A stretch of 47,548 nucleotides of DNA. Origin: a virus. Taxonomy: Duplodnaviria > Caudoviricetes. Positions 9,964 to 18,823 of this stretch are shown one piece after another. The notes beneath the pieces were generated by a model, which was not told where the DNA came from, searched no databases, and worked only from the letters and a program-made list of their open reading frames with translations. The stretch covers positions 1-47,548 of IMG/VR virus record IMGVR_UViG_3300048080_000116, one strand, 5' to 3'. The stretch's first letter is position 1. Every line of letters begins with the position of its first letter. Made by a program: the position numbers and the translations under genes.

Positions 9964-11492
9964 CAGGAACTCTCCCGTGCCTGCGTGTCGGCCGGCTTAT
10001 AGCGGATGGCGAACCCGAGCAGGTGCATATCCTGCCCGGCCTGGTCCTGCTTCCATTCGAGCTGGATGGAGCGCGACCGATCCCCGTCCAGCGGGGTCTC
10101 GACGTAGTTGACCGCCGTGTTGGAGAGATCCACGCTGTAATGCGTGGTCCGACCATCCTGAATGACCGCGAGGCTGCACGTGGCCCCGGTGGGCCGGACA
10201 AACGTCGTGACGCCCGAGAAGACGGCTTCCGTGAGCGCGTCCTTCCCCTGAAAGACGAAGATCGGTGGGGTGGTCGTGGTGTCCGTGTACGGCGCCGCGC
10301 CGTCGGACTTCACGGTTTGATCCCCCGCGTGGATGACACCCGCATAATCCCCGATGAAGAGGCGAGGTTTTTGCGAGCCCGCGAGGGGGTCCAGCGCCAG
10401 CATGAAGGATGCCGCGTCGAAGTCCGTGAAGGTCCAGATCGACCAGAAGTTCAGCAGATAGTGGTAGACGAACACCGTGTTGTTCACGATGCTGGTTCCA
10501 TTCGGTGCCGCCCACCCGATGATGTTCCGAATGGGGTTGTAGAAGCCCACCGACTGATCCAGTCGGGCCGTATTGAGTTCATTGAACTGGTTCTGCACCG
10601 GGAAGGAGATGTACGCTTCCTCCGTGTCCCCGTACTTCTGCGTCGCTTGCAAGGAGTGCATCCCATAGCGCGACATCCAGAAGATGTCGTTCGAGGTCGT
10701 GATGATCCCGGCATTCGCCACACACGGCGCGGCCTGCCGGAAGACAACGCCCTTGGTGAAGGTGACGGGGCTCGTGCCGCCGATCTGATGCACCGACCCG
10801 CGCGTCGGGCCCTTGAAGATCAGGAGCCGCTCCCGCCAGGGTTCCGACACCCCGACCACGCGGTCTCCGTCGTCCTCGTCGAAGATGAATGCGCCAGCAT
10901 CCGAGCCCGTCGCGTCACGAATATTCCCGGCGGCGGTATACCCCACAGAAGACGACGCCGTGGCGCTCCCCGAGACCCCGTAGTAGAAGAGGCGGCGGAG
11001 ATGGTATTTACACGCGGAGAACACCGGGAAACAGAGCGAAATGGTGGACATCGTGGTCTGGTCCCAGATCTGCGCCGTGTCCACGCCGTCGGACAGCACG
11101 GCCAAGCCCTGCGCGATCTGAATGGAGTTTCGCCGCCCCGCCGCGCCCCAGGGGGCCTTGCGCAGCGTCAGGACACCCGCCGCATCGCCGGAGTAGATGG
11201 CCCCCGCTGACTGCGTCGCCGCCGACACCACGAATTGCTGCGTCGCCGTGAGGGTGGTCCCGAACCGCCAGAAATCCGCCATCGCCGAGATCGTGGCTGC
11301 GGTGCCCGAGAGCGTGATGGCGTTGGCGTTATAGCGGATCGTCCCGCCGCGCTTGAAGCGACCCCCGTGCTGCTCGTACTCCATGTTCGTCGCCACGGAG
11401 AGGTCCGTGGGTTTCAAGAGCAGGCTGTCGGTCGCGGTGTCCACCCCGCCGAGTGCCGGGAGAAAGACGTCGCGCAGTTCAGAGGAGGCCAT
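9963..11492 (-). CDS. Tail tubular protein B / packaged-DNA stabilisation protein (P22 gp10 / T7 gp12-like), 509 aa
   Basis: N-terminal LGGVDTA...NMEY...FKRGG pattern, beta-rich body, C-terminal RSIQLEW; directly before ejection genes. Confidence 0.75.
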   Translation of the reverse strand: MASSELRDVFLPALGGVDTATDSLLLKPTDLSVATNMEYEQHGGRFKRGGTIRYNANAITLSGTAATISAMADFWRFGTTLTATQQFVVSAATQSAGAIYSGDAAGVLTLRKAPWGAAGRRNSIQIAQGLAVLSDGVDTAQIWDQTTMSTISLCFPVFSACKYHLRRLFYYGVSGSATASSSVGYTAAGNIRDATGSDAGAFIFDEDDGDRVVGVSEPWRERLLIFKGPTRGSVHQIGGTSPVTFTKGVVFRQAAPCVANAGIITTSNDIFWMSRYGMHSLQATQKYGDTEEAYISFPVQNQFNELNTARLDQSVGFYNPIRNIIGWAAPNGTSIVNNTVFVYHYLLNFWSIWTFTDFDAASFMLALDPLAGSQKPRLFIGDYAGVIHAGDQTVKSDGAAPYTDTTTTPPIFVFQGKDALTEAVFSGVTTFVRPTGATCSLAVIQDGRTTHYSVDLSNTAVNYVETPLDGDRSRSIQLEWKQDQAGQDMHLLGFAIRYKPADTQARESS

Positions 11493-12343
11493 CAGGCCGT
11501 CCGTTGCTGGGAGCAGGCCATGTAATCCACGTCCATGACATCGCCGGGGCCATTGGTCGAGCCGACCCCTGGGGTCAACTGGAACGTCCCACCGGGGCCG
11601 GGGGCTTCATCCGGGATAGTGGTCGTGATACTGCCCTTGGACACGCCATCCACGAAGAACTCCACGGCCGCCCCCGCCCCCGTGACGACTGCGCGGCCCG
11701 TGTGGTAACTGCCCGTCGCCATCGTGACCCCGGTGCTCATGGTCGTTTCCTGCCCCACGCCAGCCACATTCCGACTGCACACGGCGATCAACGTGCCGCC
11801 GTTCTGCCACCGGAAATTGATGGCGCCCAGCTTGGCGCTCGCCTCCGTGGCGAAGCTCTCGCCGCCGCGATGCCAGCCGATGCCCCGGATGCCCGCATCG
11901 GTGCCGCCCGCGTGCGCGAAGCGCATGTAGAAGGTCGGATTGCGATTCACGTGGCTCGTGGCCTTTTGGAGCCCCTGCGTTTCATCGGTTTGCAGCTCCG
12001 TATTCCCGGTCACCCCCGCCGTGTCGTAGCGCACTGCGCCGTCAAGGAGGGCCTGGGGCGTCAGCGTCATCCCCCACGCGCCACCGGGCCAGGACGCCTC
12101 CTGGGCGTTGACCGGCGAGCTTTGAGACGGGTTCGGCGCCCCCTGAATACGTGCCGCGAACTCCTCGATCCACGTCACCTGCTGCTCGATGTTCGGCTGG
12201 AAGAGCAGGGTGCGCGCCTCAGCGGACGCGGTCACCTGCGTGAGCCCCGTCTCGCGCAAGACAATCGCGCCGTACTGCTCATACGTCATGTCGGCGATCT
12301 GCTTGAGCGTGATGACGCCGGTCGGGCCGTCGGGTTCAGCCAT
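11492..12343 (-). CDS. Tail-associated beta-rich protein, paralog 2 (283 aa)
   Basis: Starts MAEPDGPTGVITLKQIAD by TGATG coupling; aligns with upstream gene end to end. Confidence 0.75.
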   Translation of the reverse strand: MAEPDGPTGVITLKQIADMTYEQYGAIVLRETGLTQVTASAEARTLLFQPNIEQQVTWIEEFAARIQGAPNPSQSSPVNAQEASWPGGAWGMTLTPQALLDGAVRYDTAGVTGNTELQTDETQGLQKATSHVNRNPTFYMRFAHAGGTDAGIRGIGWHRGGESFATEASAKLGAINFRWQNGGTLIAVCSRNVAGVGQETTMSTGVTMATGSYHTGRAVVTGAGAAVEFFVDGVSKGSITTTIPDEAPGPGGTFQLTPGVGSTNGPGDVMDVDYMACSQQRTA

Positions 12344-13170
12344 CACGCGGTCCGCTGCTGGCTCATCGCCACATAATCCACGTCGAGGCCGTTGGCGGTC
12401 GATGGGTCGGAGGTGCCCATGCTCGGGAACAGGTCCGCCGTAGGAATGTTCGTGCTGATCGTGCCGATGTCGGCGCCGTCGAGGAGGCATTGCACCGCCG
12501 TGCCTGCGCCCGCCACCACCATGCGCCCCGCGTGATAGACCCCGTTGGCGGCGCTTGTGCTGCTCGCCAGCGTCGTTTCGGCGCCGCCAGACCGGGCCAC
12601 GGCCGTAATGGTGCCGCTGGCCGTATGCCGCCAGAACAGCGCATTGCCAGGGGCCGAGGCCAGGGCCGCATCCGTCCAGCCGATGGAGCGCGTGGCGGCC
12701 CCGCCGCCGAACTGCGCCCACCGGACCCAGTACGTCGGGTTGCGGTTCACGTTGGAGTTCGTCTTTTGCGTAAAGCTTCGTTCGTCCCGCGAGAATGAGA
12801 GCGAGGAGGCGACCGTGCCGTTGCCGCGCACGCCGATCGCCCCCGAGATCGTCGCCACGGCCACCACCGAGACGAAGCTGCCCGTGGCGTTCGTCGGCTG
12901 GCCCCACGCGCCCGAGGGAAACGCATAGACGGAATCGTCTTTGGTGAGGTTCACGCGGGAATGGAAATCCTCGCGGAACGTGGTCGTGGTTTCGATGGCG
13001 CCGATGCCCGGGTCAAAGGTGCCGGAGAGCGTGACCTGGGTGAGACTGGTCGTGCTGAGTACGATCGAGCCGTACTGCTCATAGGTATCGTCGGCGATCT
13101 TCTTGAGCACGATGACGCCCGTGGGGCCATCAGGCCCGGTGAGCGGGAGTTCCCCGCAGGGATTAGGCAC
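12343..13170 (-). CDS. Tail-associated beta-rich protein, paralog 1 (about 275 aa)
   Basis: GTG 13170 overlapping upstream stop; PDGPTGVIVLKKIADDTYEQYG ... DVDYVAMSQQRTA. Confidence 0.7.
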   Translation of the reverse strand: MPNPCGELPLTGPDGPTGVIVLKKIADDTYEQYGSIVLSTTSLTQVTLSGTFDPGIGAIETTTTFREDFHSRVNLTKDDSVYAFPSGAWGQPTNATGSFVSVVAVATISGAIGVRGNGTVASSLSFSRDERSFTQKTNSNVNRNPTYWVRWAQFGGGAATRSIGWTDAALASAPGNALFWRHTASGTITAVARSGGAETTLASSTSAANGVYHAGRMVVAGAGTAVQCLLDGADIGTISTNIPTADLFPSMGTSDPSTANGLDVDYVAMSQQRTA

Positions 13171-14161
13171 CGGGCAGGCCCAGCACGAGCCAGAGGACCC
13201 AGGCCGGGTTGAATGGGAACCGATCGAACATCGAGCCGAGATCCGAGTTGGCGGCCGTCCGGCGCGTCGTCCTGGTGTAGAACTGCCGGTGCGTGTCCCG
13301 TGGCACGAAGGACGGATGGCCCTCATACTCGCGCTGCTGCGCCACCATGAGATTCAGCACGTCGTTGAAGAGCTGGAGATAGTACGTCCCGCGCTCCGTG
13401 TCGTTGAGGAGGATCGGGTACGCCCGCGACAGCGTGCCGTAGACGAGCACCTGCGCGTATTCGTCCGGGATCAGCGGGCGGGCCGTGCCCGAGAGTTCCG
13501 CGTTGCCGCGCTGCTTGTACCAGACCTCCACCCGGTACGCCTGATCCGGATACGGCCAGAGCGTGATCCGCCGCGGTGTCGTCGGGTCGCCGGTGGTCTC
13601 GAACTCCCACAGGGCCGCGGACTGCGGCGGGCCTTCGGAGACGTCGAAGCCCTTGACGGTCTGCATCTCTTCCGGGTTCAGGATCTCCAGCTTCTGGGTG
13701 AAGCCGAACCGCTTGACAAAGAGGACCCGGCCCGAATCCGTGGCGAGGCTGTACTCATCCGTGTAGAGCCGGTAGGACGCGCTCGCCTCCGTCTGCCCCG
13801 TGTACGCGGCGTCGAGCGAGAGCGTCGAGAACGTCGCCATCGAGTCCGAGACCCGGTAGGTGGCCGAATCCGAGGCGTTGGATGGGATCACGAGCTTGCG
13901 GCCTGTGAGGACCACGCCCGGCGAGGCCGAGAGCGTGGCCTGGGCGTTGCCGCTCGCCACATCGATCGTGCCGGTGGTGACCTTGGCCGTGGTGTTGAAC
14001 ACCTGGCGCTTCACGAGCCAGTACCACGTGTATTTCGCCAGGATGTCGCGGTAGACCTCGTTGAGGATGTCGAGCACGCGGGTCTGCTGGGTCGTGTTCG
14101 ACTCCGGCAGCCGCAGGCTGTTCATGCAGCGCGTCAGGATCTGCGCGGTGCTCAGCGGCAT
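13163..14161 (-). CDS. Head-tail adaptor / tail tubular protein A-like, 332 aa
   Basis: LDILNEVYRDI...WYWL, ITLWPYPDQAYRVEVWY, PLIPDEYAQVLVYG typical of podoviral adaptor proteins; TGATG start. Confidence 0.75.
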   Translation of the reverse strand: MPLSTAQILTRCMNSLRLPESNTTQQTRVLDILNEVYRDILAKYTWYWLVKRQVFNTTAKVTTGTIDVASGNAQATLSASPGVVLTGRKLVIPSNASDSATYRVSDSMATFSTLSLDAAYTGQTEASASYRLYTDEYSLATDSGRVLFVKRFGFTQKLEILNPEEMQTVKGFDVSEGPPQSAALWEFETTGDPTTPRRITLWPYPDQAYRVEVWYKQRGNAELSGTARPLIPDEYAQVLVYGTLSRAYPILLNDTERGTYYLQLFNDVLNLMVAQQREYEGHPSFVPRDTHRQFYTRTTRRTAANSDLGSMFDRFPFNPAWVLWLVLGLPGA

Positions 14162-14562
14162 CAGGGGCTCCCGTTGTCTGCGGCCACCAGCGCGGGCTCG
14201 GGCGCGAGCGGCGGGGGTGGCGCAGACATGATCTGCACCGGAACCGCGGCGTGGGTGGGGAGGTCCAGCACGAGCCCGGCCCGCATGGCGAGGTGCTGCA
14301 TCGCCTCCCAGCACATGCGGATGGCGACCTCCGCCTGCCCCTTCCCGGCCATCGAGAGGTGCTGGACGTAGATCGTGTTGTCCTCCCCGAGATAGATCGT
14401 CACTTCCTGCATCGCCTTGCGGCCCAGGCGGTTCTTGCGCGTGTTCGTGGGCGGCCGGAGCGGCAGCTCGAGGATCTCGGCGACCGTGTGCCGCCAGTGC
14501 CGGTCGGGCCGGTCAGGACCGCGCACACGGGCGATCGCGCGTTGCCACCGGGTCGGGGTCAC
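14161..14562 (-). CDS. Hypothetical protein, 133 aa
   Basis: GGGAG RBS before GTG 14562; TGATG coupling downstream. Confidence 0.6.
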   Translation of the reverse strand: MTPTRWQRAIARVRGPDRPDRHWRHTVAEILELPLRPPTNTRKNRLGRKAMQEVTIYLGEDNTIYVQHLSMAGKGQAEVAIRMCWEAMQHLAMRAGLVLDLPTHAAVPVQIMSAPPPPLAPEPALVAADNGSP

Positions 14563-14570
14563 GCTAGACT
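14542..14570 (+). promoter_or_regulatory. Antisense sigma70-type leaderless promoter
   Basis: TTGCCA (14542-14547) N17 TAGACT (14565-14570) N6 ATG (14577). Confidence 0.65.
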
Positions 14571-14821
14571 CCCCCCATGACGGCGCTGGCGTTTCTCAGC
14601 GGATACCCGTGGCTGCCGCACAGCTTGGAGCGCCGGGGCCGGCCCAGCAACGCGGAGCTGCGCCGCTGGTGCCGGGCGGGCTCGGTGCTCGTCAATGGAT
14701 CCCGCATCGGGGAACTCCAGGCCATCCCCAATTTGGACACGCTCGGCATCTGGCAGCTCGTGTTCTTTCCTGAGAACCCCCGTCGCTGCTGCACGATGGT
14801 CCAGGACACGGTCGAGCTCAT
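14564..14821 (-). CDS. Possible 85-aa coupling/spacer ORF opposite the S4-like gene
   Basis: Starts by ATGA overlap with upstream stop and ends 1 nt before next start; product looks like antisense translation. Confidence 0.3.
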   Translation of the reverse strand: MSSTVSWTIVQQRRGFSGKNTSCQMPSVSKLGMAWSSPMRDPLTSTEPARHQRRSSALLGRPRRSKLCGSHGYPLRNASAVMGGV

Positions 14822-14891
14822 CCCCCTCGCCCCCACAGCACCCCCGCCGCCGCCACCACCGGGAGCCCGGTATGCGGCAGATGCAGCGTGA
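14577..14891 (+). CDS. Small S4-like RNA-binding-fold protein, antisense to the late operon
   Basis: PSNAELRRWCRAGSVLVNG resembles the S4 consensus SxxEARRLIxxGxVxVNG; own promoter; tail overlaps end of ligase-like gene. Confidence 0.65.
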   Translation: MTALAFLSGYPWLPHSLERRGRPSNAELRRWCRAGSVLVNGSRIGELQAIPNLDTLGIWQLVFFPENPRRCCTMVQDTVELIPLAPTAPPPPPPPGARYAADAA

Positions 14892-15867
14892 ACTGGTTCA
14901 TGCCCACCACGAGCCCCGCCGCAAGCGCCGCCGTCCAGGGGTCGCCCACGGCCATGCCGCGCGTGAGGAGCGCCAGCCAGGCGCCAAGCGCGAGCACGCC
15001 GACCGCGCCATATTCGATCAGGGCCTGCAAGGCGTCCTGATGGGCGTGGGAGTAGATGTCCCGCACGAGCCCCTGCGAATGCCACCAGCGGGCGCGACGT
15101 GAAAACGTCCAGTGCCCGTGGCCGAGCAGGCGGCCTCGCCACGTGTCCTCCAGCCAGGAGTGCCAGACGAGCCACCAGATGTCGGCCCGACCGCGCACGG
15201 AGTCGCGGGGGTGCCCGCGCCAGTGCCAGCAGACTCCCGCCGCGAGGAGTGCGGCCGGGGCCCACACGAGCGCCCACCCTGGAAACCGGATGGCGAGCGC
15301 CACGGCGGTAGCGCCGAGTGCCGTGAACGAGTGCGTGGCGAGCACGCCGAGGCCAAAGATCGGGAGGAGTGGGGCTGGGGCCAGGGCGAAGCAGAACGCG
15401 AGAAAGCCGCCCGTCACGACGCGGTTGCCCATCGAGCCGCGCAAGCTGTCCCGCCAGAAGTGATACGTGTAGCCCCGGTGCCGCTCCTGGAAGAGCTTGG
15501 CGGCCTGCCAGGCGAGCACCCCGATCTGGCCCAGCCCCCCCGCGAGGATGGCGCCGCGCACCCAGCCGATCTCCGCCACGGGCACCTGCGCGGTGAGCAG
15601 AAAGATCGCGGCCACGGTGCCGATGGCGAGCACGCCTGCGATGGGCGGCTGGAGATCCGCTTGCTGGGCGTCGTCGGGATCGGTCCAGTGCCAGAGGGCC
15701 AGCCCCCACAGGATCGCCAGCGGCCAGCACGCGGTGGCGACCATGACGACCGAGGCGGCCCCCAGCGTCTTCAGCGCGTTGTCGCGCAGCGACGGCGGCC
15801 ACGCGGCGCCGATGTACCAGGCCCAGAGTGGCGCGAGGAAGAGCACGCCGGCCAGGGCGAGGGTCAT
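14818..15867 (-). CDS. O-antigen ligase / Wzy_C-like polytopic membrane protein, 349 aa
   Basis: Many TM segments; GSMGN, SVRGRADIW, LLGHG, HAHQDALQALIEYGAVG match the WaaL/PglL loop pattern (R..IW, G.G, H.HN..L..L.E.G..G). Confidence 0.8.
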   Translation of the reverse strand: MTLALAGVLFLAPLWAWYIGAAWPPSLRDNALKTLGAASVVMVATACWPLAILWGLALWHWTDPDDAQQADLQPPIAGVLAIGTVAAIFLLTAQVPVAEIGWVRGAILAGGLGQIGVLAWQAAKLFQERHRGYTYHFWRDSLRGSMGNRVVTGGFLAFCFALAPAPLLPIFGLGVLATHSFTALGATAVALAIRFPGWALVWAPAALLAAGVCWHWRGHPRDSVRGRADIWWLVWHSWLEDTWRGRLLGHGHWTFSRRARWWHSQGLVRDIYSHAHQDALQALIEYGAVGVLALGAWLALLTRGMAVGDPWTAALAAGLVVGMNQFTLHLPHTGLPVVAAAGVLWGRGG

Positions 15868-16118
15868 GTCAGCTCCGTCTGGATGGTGGCGGCGAGCGCC
15901 TGGCTGATGAGCTTGCGGCCAGCTGCCGGACCTGCCCCCGCCGACCCTTCCGCATGCCACACAAACAGTGACCCATGCGCCCCGCCCTTGCGTCCGTAGA
16001 GACGCCAGGGTCGATACAACGTCGTGAGTGGCTGCCCGCCTGTGCCCAGTGTCGGCCACACGAACACATGCCCATGCGCCCCGCCGCCCTGATGTCGCCA
16101 CGCAATCGCCCGACTCAT
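15864..16118 (-). CDS. Hypothetical protein, 84 aa, with internal repeat
   Basis: ATGA overlaps both sides; GGAHGHVFVW / GGAHGSLFVW. Confidence 0.65.
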   Translation of the reverse strand: MSRAIAWRHQGGGAHGHVFVWPTLGTGGQPLTTLYRPWRLYGRKGGAHGSLFVWHAEGSAGAGPAAGRKLISQALAATIQTELT

Positions 16119-16825
16119 GGATCTGGCACAATCGTGACAAGCAGATCGTCGGAGGCCGCCGCCGTCGCCCGGAGCGTGATGACGGTGCCGTTGAGATCCC
16201 CCGCACCGAAGTCCACGGAATAGATGCCGAAGGCGATCTCGGTGACGGCGGAGAGCGTCCCGGCCGCGAACGCGCCGTTGTCGATGGAGCGCGTGACGGT
16301 GACGGTCTTGCCCGTGACCGGCGCGTGGTTCGTCGAGTCTGTCATCAGGAACTCGAACTTGGCGAGCGCCACGTTCTTCCGAATGCCGCTGATGGACTCC
16401 GCGCTCGTCAGCGTCCGTGAGGCCGTGGCCCAGACCGTGTTGACGACCTGGACAGCCAGCGCGTTCAACGCGGCTTGCGACAGCGTGATCGTCGCCACCG
16501 TGTAGTCGAACCCCTGTTGGGCCAGCGGGGACCCGTAGGTCTCGATCTCGATGTCCTGGTCCTCGACGGCTTTCGTCGCGGCGTCGATGATGAAGACCCC
16601 GATCTTCCGCGCCGAGAGTTCCGCCGCCGTGAGTGTCAGCACCCACCGGCTGCCCGTCGCGGAGACCACGTTCGTCGCGTAGGAGGCGCTCGCCGTGTCG
16701 AGCTGCACGCGCGTATCGGACTGCACGGGCGTCCAGTCCGACGAGGTGGCAAAATCCACCACCCCGCGCTTGATCATCGGGAAGTTGATCGTATCCTGCA
16801 CGCCATAGCGCCTGGGGATGGGCAT
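16115..16825 (-). CDS. Virion structural / tail-associated protein, 236 aa
   Basis: Thr/Ala/Val beta-rich; GGAG RBS; structural operon. Confidence 0.7.
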   Translation of the reverse strand: MPIPRRYGVQDTINFPMIKRGVVDFATSSDWTPVQSDTRVQLDTASASYATNVVSATGSRWVLTLTAAELSARKIGVFIIDAATKAVEDQDIEIETYGSPLAQQGFDYTVATITLSQAALNALAVQVVNTVWATASRTLTSAESISGIRKNVALAKFEFLMTDSTNHAPVTGKTVTVTRSIDNGAFAAGTLSAVTEIAFGIYSVDFGAGDLNGTVITLRATAAASDDLLVTIVPDP

Positions 16826-16828
16826 GGT

Positions 16829-17026
16829 CTAGCGCACTCCTGTCAGGATGCCGCGTTCGATGCCTCGGCTTCCGAAGCGTTCTAGTTGCGGATAGGTTGT
16901 GGCCGCCCCCGCCGCCGCTTGACTCGTCTCGTCCACATACGCGCCACCCGGCACGAGGTATTCGATCTGGCTCGTTCCCTCGTTGATATATGCTCCGCCC
17001 GGCACGAGGTACTGGATCGCGGCCAC
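16829..17026 (-). CDS. Small protein, 65 aa, with tandem IxYLVPGGAY repeat
   Basis: TAA-GTG abutment; IQYLVPGGAYINE / IEYLVPGGAYVDE. Confidence 0.65.
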   Translation of the reverse strand: MAAIQYLVPGGAYINEGTSQIEYLVPGGAYVDETSQAAAGAATTYPQLERFGSRGIERGILTGVR

Positions 17027-18340
17027 TTAGGCCACCACGATCAGGGGGTCCACGTAGACCGTATAGGACGCCTTCGCCAGCGCCACGCGGCACCGGATGA
17101 TCCCGACTTCCTGCGGTGTGAAGGTCACGGCGAGCTTCTGCTTGTTCGGATTCGTGAGCCCCGTCGTCGTCCACGCGATGCTGCTCGCCGTCTGATCGGC
17201 GGGCGTGGCGAGAATGTCTGCGGCACGATCCGTGAGGAACAGGGAGAGCGGGAAGCCGCTCGTGCCGAGGTACTCGACCTCCAGCCAGACTTCCGCATCG
17301 GTGAGCGCCGTCAGGCTGTCATGGACGATCTCGACTGTCGCCGTCTTCGCGCTACCAACCACCGCATTGTAGATGACCAACTCTGGCCCATAGAGCGGCC
17401 GCACGAACTTCGCGTTGGCGCTGCTGACCATTTTGTGCGAGAGCGGCGTCGTCCCGTCCGAGGCCCCGCCCGTGCGAACCACCGTTGTCTCGGAGTAGAT
17501 GTCGCCCGCAAAGGGCGCGTGGAGTTGCATCCGGTACTGTGTATCGGCCGAGTCGGAATTGCTGAGAAACACCTCGGCACCAGCCGCCGCTCCAGTCGTC
17601 AGCGCCACGGAGGCACCGAGCTTGCATTGTTCAAATCGACAAAGCATTGCACTTGTTTCCATCAGGACCAAACTCTTCCCAGCACCGAACGCACTGAGAT
17701 CCACCCCGCGTAGACGTATATGACCGGGATAGAATGACTTAAAGGGCGTTGTTGGTACGCTACCCGTCGCTGCGATATTTCCGCCGATCATGGTCAACAT
17801 ACCACCGCCGTTTACTGCGTAGATTACCTGCGACACATTACCAAAGACTAACTTAGAGTCCACCAGCGTCCAGATAGCGTTTGCTCCATTGACGATGATG
17901 TACGATCCAGTCCCCGTGGCAAGAATTGCTAGCGTACAGGTGTCAAATATCTGCCCATTACCGGCAGTGTTGCAAAGACTCAGAATGGGTGAGTTCGCAC
18001 CAGATCCACAGTTGAACGCAATCCCATAGTGGTATGCAAAGCCATTGATCGTGATACCGCTATTGCCTGTGGTAGAAATGGTCGCGGTGGTTGCTAGGGC
18101 CGTCGGGGGTTCGGCCGCGTCGTTCCCGCACAGAATCTCCACGGGCGATGCCGCCGTGCCCGCCGAGGTCAGCGTCATCGCGGACGCTTGCGTTTCCGCG
18201 TGCGCCTGACTGACCCAGACGCGTTCCCCCGCCGCCGCGACCGCCAGCGCCCCCGCGAGCGTGGCCTTGGCGAGCGCCCACGTCAGGCCGGTGTCAGCGT
18301 CGTTGCCATCGGTTGAACGGACGTAGTACGGTCCAGCCAT
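17027..18340 (-). CDS. Tail fibre/spike-like protein, 437 aa
   Basis: YYVRSTDGNDADTGLTWALAKATL start typical of beta-helix-associated domains; lower-GC central segment. Confidence 0.65.
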   Translation of the reverse strand: MAGPYYVRSTDGNDADTGLTWALAKATLAGALAVAAAGERVWVSQAHAETQASAMTLTSAGTAASPVEILCGNDAAEPPTALATTATISTTGNSGITINGFAYHYGIAFNCGSGANSPILSLCNTAGNGQIFDTCTLAILATGTGSYIIVNGANAIWTLVDSKLVFGNVSQVIYAVNGGGMLTMIGGNIAATGSVPTTPFKSFYPGHIRLRGVDLSAFGAGKSLVLMETSAMLCRFEQCKLGASVALTTGAAAGAEVFLSNSDSADTQYRMQLHAPFAGDIYSETTVVRTGGASDGTTPLSHKMVSSANAKFVRPLYGPELVIYNAVVGSAKTATVEIVHDSLTALTDAEVWLEVEYLGTSGFPLSLFLTDRAADILATPADQTASSIAWTTTGLTNPNKQKLAVTFTPQEVGIIRCRVALAKASYTVYVDPLIVVA

Positions 18341-18811
18341 CTATTCCCCCGCCTGGGCGAGATACTCCGCCCATTGTGTCGCTTTGGTCTGCAACCGCGT
18401 GCGGAACGCCGTCAGCGCCGCCCCCGCGAGCCCGAAGAGATTGCCGAGCGTCACGTTCGACAGCGTGTTCAGGTAGGCCCCCAGCGCCATCACTTGCTCG
18501 CGCGTCGCCGTCTTGTACGCCAGCCGCGCCGCCGCGCCGTTCTCAGCGGCCGAGGCGTACTGGACGCGGACGACGGCCAGCTGTCCCTTCTCGTAAATCT
18601 CCGCAAGGTTCCGCTGAATCTCCTGATCGATCAGCGCCTGATTGAGCAGCGCCACGATGGCCGGGAAGCCGTCCGCGATCACGACGCCCACTGCCGCGAG
18701 ATAGTCGCGGAACTGGACCACGCCGAGCTGATCGGTGTGCCGCTCGCGGATATAGCGGCGTCCGTCCGTTTGCGGCTGGTCCCAGAGGACGATGGAGGTG
18801 ATGATGGGCAC
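18341..18811 (-). CDS. Hypothetical protein, 156 aa (tail accessory/chaperone candidate)
   Basis: Between fibre-like genes; protein-like composition. Confidence 0.65.
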   Translation of the reverse strand: MPIITSIVLWDQPQTDGRRYIRERHTDQLGVVQFRDYLAAVGVVIADGFPAIVALLNQALIDQEIQRNLAEIYEKGQLAVVRVQYASAAENGAAARLAYKTATREQVMALGAYLNTLSNVTLGNLFGLAGAALTAFRTRLQTKATQWAEYLAQAGE

Positions 18812-18823
18812 TAGCGTTTCCTG

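Noticed and set aside
11492-13170. Shufflon or invertible tail cassette
   Set aside because: Paralogs are in direct orientation and no recombinase is encoded
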